Shown piece after piece: positions 24,389-32,000 of a DNA stretch of 32,000 nucleotides. This stretch comes from Pyrobaculum aerophilum str. IM2 (lineage in GTDB: Archaea; Thermoproteota; Thermoprotei; Thermoproteales; Thermoproteaceae), in the NCBI RefSeq assembly GCF_000007225.1, contig NC_003364.1:1260001-1292000 (forward strand). The letters run 5' to 3'. Under the pieces are notes generated by a model, which worked only from the letters and a program-made list of their open reading frames with translations, made no database searches and had not been told where the DNA came from. A program made the position numbers and the translations under genes. The first letter of the stretch is position 1, and each line of letters opens with the position of its first letter.

Positions 24389-24811
24389 TTGGTGCCAATG
24401 AGCGTCGTGGCCCACATTTCGAAAAACACTATAACAAAAAAGGAGGTAATTAATAAAGACGTAGTGGAAGCAGTCAAAGAAGTAGCCATAGAACTTTTAA
24501 AAGCTTGGGATCCCACGGCCTCCGACTTTATAGTATTAAGGGATTTTTACTCCATATCCTACCCAGCGCCGCTATCTAGAGAGCTGTTGGAAAAAGTGCG
24601 CAAATACTCTCCTAAGAGAGTGGAAAATAGAGTTGAGATAGCCTTGCCAGTGTATGAAATAGTGCACAGTGCCCAGTGGTCGGTAGAGGGCATAGATGTA
24701 GGCGACGCCGTAGTTATATTCCCCTATATCGACGAGGCAACTACTGAAGAAATTTTAAGAGGGGTCATACAAAGCTTTACAAGCCCAAAGGAAGAGGGGG
24801 ATTTAGAGTAG
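24389..24811 (+). CDS. Hypothetical protein, 140 aa
   Basis: ORF-track entry, co-directional with and 39 nt downstream of the lipid synthase gene. No motif recognised. Confidence 0.45.
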   Translation: MVPMSVVAHISKNTITKKEVINKDVVEAVKEVAIELLKAWDPTASDFIVLRDFYSISYPAPLSRELLEKVRKYSPKRVENRVEIALPVYEIVHSAQWSVEGIDVGDAVVIFPYIDEATTEEILRGVIQSFTSPKEEGDLE

Positions 24812-25310
24812 CTTAATAGCATCTTTGGCAACAGTCCCTTTACGTAAGCTCTTCACACGCGCAGATGTGCGCCTTCGCCATGCCTCTTCACTATGTCTTC
24901 AGCATATACCAGCTTGACCTAGGCCATAATGTGTCAATACTTCAATAGCGATTTGCTATGAGTAGCATACCGAAGTAGGGCAAACGCTCTATACCCCAAC
25001 ACTTTTACACAGTACTTGACAAAGTGCTTAAGGGATTTCCCTTATCCTAGCTAAAAAACTACTATTAATATGGTAAATATTACCATTAGTTTAATACTTA
25101 GACCTTATTGTAGTATTTGAAATATGTGTCTTTTATGCTATAAAGTGTTAAATACACATGCAGGTGTTATACCACGGAGATAGCTATTCTTTAATGCCCT
25201 AACATTCTTTACAAGAACCTCCTTAATGTCATTATTATATTAGCATCTTGTTATAATAATTTTCGTTTATAATCGAGTGTAAAAAATATTTAGAAAAGTG
25301 GTGAAATACT

Positions 25311-26585
25311 ATGATGTTGAAAAACGCCATTGTATTAGCAGTGGTTGTCACAATATTGCTGTCTATAGTAATATTATCAGCTCAATACGGCGATGATATA
25401 CAATTGTTGTTTAATAGTTGGTTAGAGGGCAAGCCAAAGGCTCTTGTGAAATTACACATACACATACCAAGCGGCTACGGCAATTGTTCTGTAATTGTAC
25501 ATAGATTTCCGACGAAATATAACCCAACGGCAGACGGCTATACTACACTTATACACAGAGGGAAATCTCCCAGCGGCAGAACTGTCACTGTAAAAGACGT
25601 AATTAACATGTACCAAGTCGGGACTGTGGAGAGTGAAGAAGGCAAACGCTATCTCTACGACTCGCCTGAGTATTACGTAGGCGTAATCTGCGTTAATAAA
25701 AACGATGTATACAGCTTTAGCAAAATAGTACAAACTATAATTACCAAGCCTATTACTGACGTAGACATCCATGCGGAATTAAAGAAACGCAGTAGGGCGG
25801 GAGATAGACAAAGCGGCAGTAACTTCGCAATGCTAGCATCTTCCGAGCCGGTATCGTGTAGTATAACAATTGATGAAACCTCCGGCGAGCCTATCTATGG
25901 CCAAGACTATTGGGCTAAGGGGTATTGCGTAGCGAGTACAAAGCTGGCGTATTTAAACAGCATACCTGGGTTAAAAACGGCGTTTGGGATCACAGGCCTA
26001 GACTCCGCCATGTACTTAGAGGGCTGGGCCGCCGCGTGTTATACCACTGATATAGAGCACTGTCCCACGAGTTTTTGGGACTCAGCAGGCAAAAAGTTAG
26101 TTATATTTGTAACTACCAAAAAAACAGACTATATCTCAAATGGCGAGAGAGCTGTTGTATGGGGTAGCGTTTACTACCAATACGAATACTACGCGTGGTA
26201 CGACAGCGATTTCTATACATATTTCATTTATGAAATAATATATCCAAAAGATATAGGAGGTTTACATTCTCTACAAATTATCGGCAGCTACACGCCGCCT
26301 AGCCCACCCCCGCCATACGCCAGAGGGCCTTTCAAGGGCGATGTGGATTTATATTTCCCAGCCGATACATTGACAGATATTAAGTTGCCGGTTTCAACGT
26401 CAATTAGCGTTTCAATTGGACCAGTTTCATTTACTATTTCGGTAAGTCCCTATAAAGCGGAGAGTCCTCAATACGATCCGCCGTATGTAAGCGTTATTGA
26501 CATCAGCGGGAGGAACTACGGTTGGTACTACTGGTGGTACAAAGACGACGATCCGTTGAATTACGAAATTGAATTCTACGGTTAA
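25311..26585 (+). CDS. Secreted or membrane-anchored Tyr/Trp-rich protein, 424 aa, unknown family
   Basis: It has an N-terminal signal-anchor (MMLKNAIVLAVVVTILLSIVILSA) and an aromatic-rich body (YYQYEYYAWYDSDFYTYFIYEIIYP, GWYYWWYKDDD). A PPSPPPP linker is also present. An AT-rich promoter-like stretch lies about 25-30 nt upstream, and the coding sequence is low in G+C. Confidence 0.6.
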   Translation: MMLKNAIVLAVVVTILLSIVILSAQYGDDIQLLFNSWLEGKPKALVKLHIHIPSGYGNCSVIVHRFPTKYNPTADGYTTLIHRGKSPSGRTVTVKDVINMYQVGTVESEEGKRYLYDSPEYYVGVICVNKNDVYSFSKIVQTIITKPITDVDIHAELKKRSRAGDRQSGSNFAMLASSEPVSCSITIDETSGEPIYGQDYWAKGYCVASTKLAYLNSIPGLKTAFGITGLDSAMYLEGWAAACYTTDIEHCPTSFWDSAGKKLVIFVTTKKTDYISNGERAVVWGSVYYQYEYYAWYDSDFYTYFIYEIIYPKDIGGLHSLQIIGSYTPPSPPPPYARGPFKGDVDLYFPADTLTDIKLPVSTSISVSIGPVSFTISVSPYKAESPQYDPPYVSVIDISGRNYGWYYWWYKDDDPLNYEIEFYG

Positions 26586-26659
26586 AGCGTCTTTTCTACT
26601 ATTAAAACAGCAAAAGAATTGGAGCATTAACCCCTCGGCGTATTTCCATGGATGTAGCT

Positions 26660-26686
26660 AAAGGCATTAGCGCTCGCAATGCCTTT
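26660..26686. other. Perfect 9-bp stem hairpin with a 9-nt loop, in the polB-distal intergenic region
   Basis: AAAGGCATT (26660-26668) is the exact reverse complement of AATGCCTTT (26678-26686). Confidence 0.45.
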
Positions 26687-26959
26687 AAATTGGACAAGCT
26701 AACTTTTGACAAAAAGGGGTAGGGTTTTTATTAGCTCCAAGGGCTGGGCGTCTTTAAAAAGCTTAAGCCCGCTGAGATAACATGCCAAGATCAACCGGTA
26801 ACGAGAAGGAGGAAATATTGTAGAGAGCCTAGTCGTAAAGTGGCGACGCTGAGCAGAAGTGCTTACGCAATGCGAAAGCGTCAGCCGAGCTTTTGAAAAC
26901 AGAATGATAGAGCCCACTGAGTTAAAGGAGTTAGTTTAACGAAGTTCAGCTAGAGAAAT

Positions 26960-29527
26960 TTAAAATAGTCTTGTAGCGCCGCGTAGCTCCTCAATAGATA
27001 CCCCCATGGCTTCTAAAATCTGCTCAAGAGAGGTGCTGATGTACTCTAAGTACTTCTTTTCGTCTATTTCGTCTATTCTAGCCAGTTGTATAGGCTTAAC
27101 TCCCACGGCGTCTTTAGTCTTAATGATGATTATGGCGTCTCCCCTCCCCACATTAATGCCGTATTTCAATAACTGTTCAGCCGCCTTTACATGTTGTGGT
27201 TTATTTTTTGTATATTCATTTAGATTTTTATTTAATACTATTTTTATTCCCAATTTGTCAAGAGTTATTTTCTTTTCCCTAATTCTAGTCTCTACTTCTT
27301 TCACCATTGCTATCACTGTCTCTCTTACCTTAGAAATGTCCTCAACGCTGTTGATATTTCTCAAGGCGTTAATTATTTCTTCTACTAGTTCTTTTACAAT
27401 AGGCGGTGCATTTCGTTTTTTAGCAACTATTCCCTTGACTATTACACTCCCGTCGTTTGTAACGCCGAGGTAGTTCTTCTTACGGCCGCTGAACATTACA
27501 AACTTATATATTTTGTCGAGTTCTATGTCAATGCCCAGTTCCTCTGTGTACTCAACTAGTTTCTTAAGCTTCTCCTCAGATACATTCCAGAGAAATAACG
27601 AGTCAGTATCTCCGTAAACGGGTATTAGCCCCAGCTCAATTGCTTTTAAAACTGTGCTGGTCATTATGTACCTAGCCAGCGCCGTGGTTAACTCGGCCAC
27701 TGGCGGGCAATACAAGGGGAAGGTCTCGGCGCCAAATACGCCGTACGAGGCGTTGATAAAAACTTTCATTGCGCTTTGAACAACGTCGTATAACTGTCTC
27801 TCCGCGGGAGTCGGCGCCTTCTTGGCCAGCTTCTTGTAGACGTGTACTCTTAGATCTCTTAATATACCCACTAGCGTGCTGGTAAGGCCGGGTTTGTCAT
27901 GACAGACCGTATGGGGGAGTTCAGGTATCGGCCTCTCTGCGTCTGGTCTACAATTCACAGTCTCGTATGAGAGATTCCACTTGCTAATTATAGAGGGGTA
28001 TAGAGAGGCGAAGTCAAGGACGTAGACGTCGAAAAATATGCCGAGAGGCGGATCTAACACCACGGCGCCTGCGTATTTCTTCCCTTTAATTATGGCCTTT
28101 GTGTGCGTCTGCCCCTTGACGTTAAGAATGTCCTCCTTATTTGGTATGAGCCACCCCCTCTTGCGGTGTTCATAATACAACATATTGCGAATCCACGCAG
28201 AGACTTGAGATCTCGTAATGTCTTCAATGGGCATTTTAGCTATTCTTGAGAGAAGTAAAATGAGCTTCATAACCATTTCGTTGTTATACATAGTGAAATA
28301 AAGCGTAATAAGGGCGTCTCTGTAGTTATATTCGGCGAGTTCCCAATAATTCATCCTTGAGATGTTCTTCTGTCTCTCAACTTTACCAATGCCGAGAATT
28401 GCATATGCTATGCCGTCCAGCCCCCTCTCCCCTCTATATACCCCGCCGAAGGCATATGCCTCAATGGCCTTTATGGCGAAGAATTTAAACGTGTCTATGT
28501 GAACTCCAGGCGATACGCTTACGTAATCGCGCTTAGCGGCAATTGGCAACTCCTCTTTAGACATCCCCAGGGCCAGCGCCCTGTTGTATAAATAGGGCAA
28601 GTCGAAATTATCGCCGTTGAAAGTTATAACAATGGGGTATTGGACTATTATCTTAAACACTTCCCTTATGAGGTCGTACTCGCTGTCAAAAAATAAAACT
28701 TCGTAATCTGGCCTATACCTCAAGTCTATCTCTAAGCCGGGCCTTTTAAGGAGTAAAACGCGCCTCAGCCCGTCGCTACCCACAAGCGCCACTGATATTA
28801 TCTCAAACTCGGCGTTTTTAGGATCTGGGATTTTATTTTCTTGCGGCGTGTAGACCTCCAAGTCAATTGCAACTCTTTTTAAATGGGGTATGGGGGCTTG
28901 GAAGAGGGGAATCCACTCCTCAGCCACTTTGGCGTGTTCAGGCTTAAAAATGTTGCTAAGAGACGCCTTGATCTCAGAGGGTATTGAGATTTCCACAGGC
29001 GAGAGGCCGTTTCCGTTAGACTTATACCACATGCCTGGTATTATATTTCTGTCGAAAAGGTAACTGTGGTGGTATTTAATTCGCGACTCCCATGTCTCCT
29101 TGAGGATGTCTCTTAATGAATTCTTACTACCGCCTACAGAGAGGGGATCTTTCGCATATACCTTCGTCACTAAGATTTTCCTGTCGTTTAAAGCGTCGTA
29201 CTTCTCCTCCACGGCCAGATGGCTGAAGCCGGGGTGGCGCAATACATTGGGGTACTTCTCTATAATTTCTTCCGGCGTTTTCAATGTTATAAGATAAGGC
29301 TTGTGGCCAGTATTGTCGTACCAGTAATATACAGTGTCCGTGAGGGGATCGTACAGTTTCACCAAGGCCTTACCCTCAGCGCCGTCGTAGACAACTGAGA
29401 GCACGATAGACGGCGGCACGGACGACGTCACTACTCCTTTGATCTTGCTCTCCTCTATGGCCTCCCCCTCGTACTCTCTCACCTCTTCCTGTTCAAATTC
29501 CTCAAAATCCTCTTCAAATTCGGCCAC
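26960..29527 (-). CDS. polB: Family B DNA polymerase with intact exonuclease and polymerase motifs
   Basis: Exo I is VAIDLEV, Exo II is FNGDNFDLPYL and Exo III is YNYRDALITL. Pol A is DFASLYPSII, Pol B is KVFINASYGVFG and Pol C is YGDTDS. The start codon is GTG, followed by an unusually acidic N-terminal roughly 25 aa. Confidence 0.95.
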   Translation of the reverse strand: MAEFEEDFEEFEQEEVREYEGEAIEESKIKGVVTSSVPPSIVLSVVYDGAEGKALVKLYDPLTDTVYYWYDNTGHKPYLITLKTPEEIIEKYPNVLRHPGFSHLAVEEKYDALNDRKILVTKVYAKDPLSVGGSKNSLRDILKETWESRIKYHHSYLFDRNIIPGMWYKSNGNGLSPVEISIPSEIKASLSNIFKPEHAKVAEEWIPLFQAPIPHLKRVAIDLEVYTPQENKIPDPKNAEFEIISVALVGSDGLRRVLLLKRPGLEIDLRYRPDYEVLFFDSEYDLIREVFKIIVQYPIVITFNGDNFDLPYLYNRALALGMSKEELPIAAKRDYVSVSPGVHIDTFKFFAIKAIEAYAFGGVYRGERGLDGIAYAILGIGKVERQKNISRMNYWELAEYNYRDALITLYFTMYNNEMVMKLILLLSRIAKMPIEDITRSQVSAWIRNMLYYEHRKRGWLIPNKEDILNVKGQTHTKAIIKGKKYAGAVVLDPPLGIFFDVYVLDFASLYPSIISKWNLSYETVNCRPDAERPIPELPHTVCHDKPGLTSTLVGILRDLRVHVYKKLAKKAPTPAERQLYDVVQSAMKVFINASYGVFGAETFPLYCPPVAELTTALARYIMTSTVLKAIELGLIPVYGDTDSLFLWNVSEEKLKKLVEYTEELGIDIELDKIYKFVMFSGRKKNYLGVTNDGSVIVKGIVAKKRNAPPIVKELVEEIINALRNINSVEDISKVRETVIAMVKEVETRIREKKITLDKLGIKIVLNKNLNEYTKNKPQHVKAAEQLLKYGINVGRGDAIIIIKTKDAVGVKPIQLARIDEIDEKKYLEYISTSLEQILEAMGVSIEELRGATRLF

Positions 29528-29616
29528 GTTAAAGTTAGGTGGAGGGGGTTAAAAACCAAAATGGCATATTACCTCCCCACTATAAAAGCTTATAAAGAGT
29601 TCTATCATTTAATTTC

Positions 29617-30027
29617 GTGGTAATTTACGTTTCGCCACATAAAAAGGAAAACAAGACGTCTGCGGCCACGGATCTTAAACGAATTATCGTCACTGAGATA
29701 ATAAATGAGGCCATACACGGCGTTACAATACTGGACGACAGAGGTGTGCCGATTATACACCACCTCCCAAATACCTTAACTGCAAAAACACTCCGCCAAG
29801 TTTCTAATCTAATCGAGATCATTAATATCATAAAGCAAAACCAAGACGAGAGTCTCGGAGAGTTTAACTACGTCACAGTGAAATACGCCAATTATAAAGT
29901 AGGCATTTTTGAACTCCCCAATAAAAAGGGTTGGCTAATTGTCTTTGTTAACCCCCTGTGGCATATAGAGAACTTACTGCCGAAAATACGCCAGTTCGCC
30001 CATAGAGTAACTCAAGCAATTACCTAG
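29617..30027 (+). CDS. Roadblock/LC7 (MglB-like) domain protein, tentative
   Basis: The alpha-beta pattern fits: [19 protein letters not shown]...YKVGIFEL...[26 protein letters not shown] box lies about 25-35 nt upstream of GTG 29617. Confidence 0.45.
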   Translation: MVIYVSPHKKENKTSAATDLKRIIVTEIINEAIHGVTILDDRGVPIIHHLPNTLTAKTLRQVSNLIEIINIIKQNQDESLGEFNYVTVKYANYKVGIFELPNKKGWLIVFVNPLWHIENLLPKIRQFAHRVTQAIT

Positions 30028-31216
30028 CCCCTCTGCCGAGTTTTTTATGCGCAGAGGCAAGCTCATTTCTAGCCAGGGCTATTAGTAAGTTCAACTCCCC
30101 AGCCAATACGGCCGCTGCGATTATTTCTGCGAATTTCAAAGCGTTAACGCCGGGGGGATTGCCGGAGCCGGCCACGCCCAACAGCTCCAACGCCTCGCGC
30201 TGTGTGGGTAGCCCAGTGCCGCCGCCGACCGTGCCGACTTCTAAACTCGGCAAGAACACAGATATGTACAGCCCATCCTCCCGCGCCTCCGTGGAGGTAA
30301 TGCCCATGCTCGACTCAACTACCTGGGCCACGTCTTGGCCTGTGGCGATGAATATTGCGGCGATTATGTTTGCAAAATGGGCGTTGAATCCGTAGGAGTG
30401 GGCCAGCGCAGAGCCTATTAGGTTTTTCCTAACATTTACGTTATGAACATCCTCGGGGGTAATGCCTAGTCTTTCCAGTATCTCTTTCTTAATTACTGCC
30501 TCAGCCACTACAGTCTTGCCCCTCCCTAATATGAAGTTAACAGCATTGGCCTTTTTGTCTACGCACATGTTGCCGCTAAGCGCAATTAGCTTGGCCTTAG
30601 GGAAGTTCTCTTGAATAAACTTGGCAACGGCCTCTGAGGCAATAGTGACCATGTTCATCCCCATTGCATCTCCCGTGGAGAAGACCAGCCTAAGCCATAC
30701 GTAATTTCCGACGATAAAATGCTGTATATCCTTAAGCTTTCCAAAACGCGTTGTAGATTCTGCTACTTTTTTCAACTCTTCGAAATGACCCGTGACCCAC
30801 TCCACTAACTCCACGGCGTCGATAAGCGATGGGACTCTAAAAAGGGGGGCCCGCGCCATGCCGTCTTTTAACACCTTAACCCTCGCGCCCCCAGACTCCG
30901 TGACGAATTTAGCGCCTCTATTAACAGAGGCCACAAGCGCGCCCTCTGTTGTGGCCAAAGGCACGTAGAAGTAACCGTTGGCGTAATCCCCCCTCACTAA
31001 GAGGGGGCCGGCCACTCCCACGGGGATCTGCACCGCCCCTATGACGTTTTCAATATTTCTCCCCACTACTGTGTTCAAGTCAATTATAGTCCTTCCTATA
31101 TTTTCCAGCTTGACGCCTGTCACTTTTTCTAAATACTGCCGTCTAGCCTCTGCGGCCTTATTCGCATCGCCATATACTTTTTCAAACTCGTGTAGTTTTA
31201 CTTCCATTAGAAACAT
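30020..31216 (-). CDS. hmgA: HMG-CoA reductase (class I type)
   Basis: The motifs [36 protein letters not shown] and the C-terminal ...SAHKKLGR are present. The true start may be the fourth-codon ATG at 31205-31207 (MEVKL), given the TATA spacing. Confidence 0.95.
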   Translation of the reverse strand: MFLMEVKLHEFEKVYGDANKAAEARRQYLEKVTGVKLENIGRTIIDLNTVVGRNIENVIGAVQIPVGVAGPLLVRGDYANGYFYVPLATTEGALVASVNRGAKFVTESGGARVKVLKDGMARAPLFRVPSLIDAVELVEWVTGHFEELKKVAESTTRFGKLKDIQHFIVGNYVWLRLVFSTGDAMGMNMVTIASEAVAKFIQENFPKAKLIALSGNMCVDKKANAVNFILGRGKTVVAEAVIKKEILERLGITPEDVHNVNVRKNLIGSALAHSYGFNAHFANIIAAIFIATGQDVAQVVESSMGITSTEAREDGLYISVFLPSLEVGTVGGGTGLPTQREALELLGVAGSGNPPGVNALKFAEIIAAAVLAGELNLLIALARNELASAHKKLGRGAR

Positions 31217-31244
31217 TTTAATAAGTTGGCTTTATAACTCTTCG
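31217..31244. promoter_or_regulatory. 28-bp divergent spacer with two opposed TATA-like boxes (hmgA and thiolase)
   Basis: TTTAATAA (31217-31224) is centred about 24 nt upstream of ATG 31245. Minus-strand GTTATAAAG (31230-31238) is centred about 18 nt from ATG 31216 and about 27 nt from ATG 31207. Confidence 0.5.
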
Positions 31245-32000
31245 ATGAAAGACGTATACATAGTAGGCGGAGCCCTTTATCCAGCCGGCAGGCATTACGA
31301 TAAAAACCTCGACGACATGGCCGCTATAGTTTTAGATAAAGCTCTTACAGACGCAAAGACAGATATCGATGCGGTTTTCGTTGCATCTTCAACTACAGAG
31401 TTGGCGAATAAACAACAAATACTAGGGGCCTATATACTGGAGTCTCTTGGCATTGACAAAGTGCCAGTTTTCAGAGTGGAAAACGGCGATGGTTCTGGCA
31501 GCGCCGCCATAGCCCTGGCTTATTACGCGTTGAGATCAGAGGAGTACAACTGCGTTGCCGTTGTTGGCGTGGATAAGCCCAACGACGTTCTCAGCAATCA
31601 GCAACAAGATATTTACGCGACTACACTAGATACATACTTTGAGAGGTATTTCGGCTTCACGCCGCTATCCCTTGCCGCGTTAATGGCAAAGACGTACTTA
31701 AAAAAATATGAATACAAGTATGAGGATCTCGCCAGATGGGCCGTCCTAATGCATGCGCACGGGGCGAGCAACCCATACGCTTATTTTAAACGCCCGATAA
31801 AACTTGAAGACGCATTAAACAGCGAATTAGTCAGCGAACCGCTTCGCTTATATGACGTAGGTCCCTTAGCCGACGGCGCCGCGGCAGCTGTGTTGTGCAA
31901 CAACAGGCGAGAAGGTCCCAAGATATATTCAACTGCAACGGCGACAAATACCACTAGTTTTAACTCCAGAGGCGAGTACGACGTCTTATACAGCCTTCAA
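31245..32000 (+). CDS. Acetyl-CoA acetyltransferase / thiolase-like protein (archaeal SCP-x-type), 5' partial, running off the window
   Basis: Hand translation gives MKDVYIVGGALYPAGRHYDKNLDDMAAIVLDKALTDAKTDIDAVFVASSTTE...GDGSGSAAIALAYYALRS...PLRLYDVGPLADGAAAAVL. The frame is open for all 252 codons to the window edge. The thiolase-like pattern is present, and the gene lies next to hmgA. Confidence 0.8.
   Translation, partial: MKDVYIVGGALYPAGRHYDKNLDDMAAIVLDKALTDAKTDIDAVFVASSTTELANKQQILGAYILESLGIDKVPVFRVENGDGSGSAAIALAYYALRSEEYNCVAVVGVDKPNDVLSNQQQDIYATTLDTYFERYFGFTPLSLAALMAKTYLKKYEYKYEDLARWAVLMHAHGASNPYAYFKRPIKLEDALNSELVSEPLRLYDVGPLADGAAAAVLCNNRREGPKIYSTATATNTTSFNSRGEYDVLYSLQ

Noticed and set aside
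3650-27129. C/D-box sRNA candidates at RUGAUGA-like strings: 3650-3656, 4443-4448, 13821-13827 (minus strand) and 27123-27129
   Set aside because: None has a properly spaced CUGA D/D' box 10-14 nt downstream or terminal complementarity. All lie inside coding sequence.
27006-27473. Plus-strand ORF of 155 aa inside polB
   Set aside because: It is antisense to polB in a very AT-rich stretch, and its translation is hydrophobic and low-complexity.
1-32000. CRISPR arrays, rRNA genes, tRNA genes, transposases or integrases
   Set aside because: I found no regularly spaced direct repeats, no T-loop/acceptor-like tRNA signatures (GGTTCGAATCC-type strings) and no rRNA-like stretches. No ORF has transposase or tyrosine-recombinase motifs.

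Overview
The window looks like a compact chromosome segment from a hyperthermophilic crenarchaeon, probably Thermoproteales or Pyrobaculum-like. This rests on gene content: TBP, Hjc resolvase, a HerA/NurA pair, CTP-dependent riboflavin kinase, geranylgeranyl reductase, ribosomal protein eS26, family-B DNA polymerase and mevalonate-pathway genes. It also rests on promoter architecture: AT-rich TATA-like boxes sit about 20-27 nt upstream of many start codons, implying leaderless mRNAs. Start/stop overlaps of the ATGA, GTGA and TAATG type are frequent. I found no rRNA, tRNA, CRISPR array, transposase or integrase. Most of the window is housekeeping, but several parts stand out. (1) A visibly low-G+C island at about 3330-7260 carries secreted or pilin-like genes. 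It also carries a radical-SAM (SPASM/twitch-type) cassette with a small upstream ORF and an ATGA-coupled membrane protein, and three genes in the island appear interrupted. (2) A QueD-like gene is divergently paired with a DUF2419/Qng1-like glycosylase-fold protein that has an EndoIII-type 4-Cys loop. (3) An ASCH-HTH gene plus a SplB-like radical-SAM gene converge on a stand-alone, translationally coupled HerA-like/NurA-like pair. (4) A roughly 115-nt diverged direct repeat of the proS 3' end lies 5.4 kb from the intact gene. It abuts a heavily decayed 1.4-kb gene, and its antisense strand supplies the only start codon for a TrmY-like methyltransferase. (5) A second low-G+C patch encodes a Tyr/Trp-rich secreted protein. 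All functional calls come from motif reading by eye, with no database search, and are graded accordingly.
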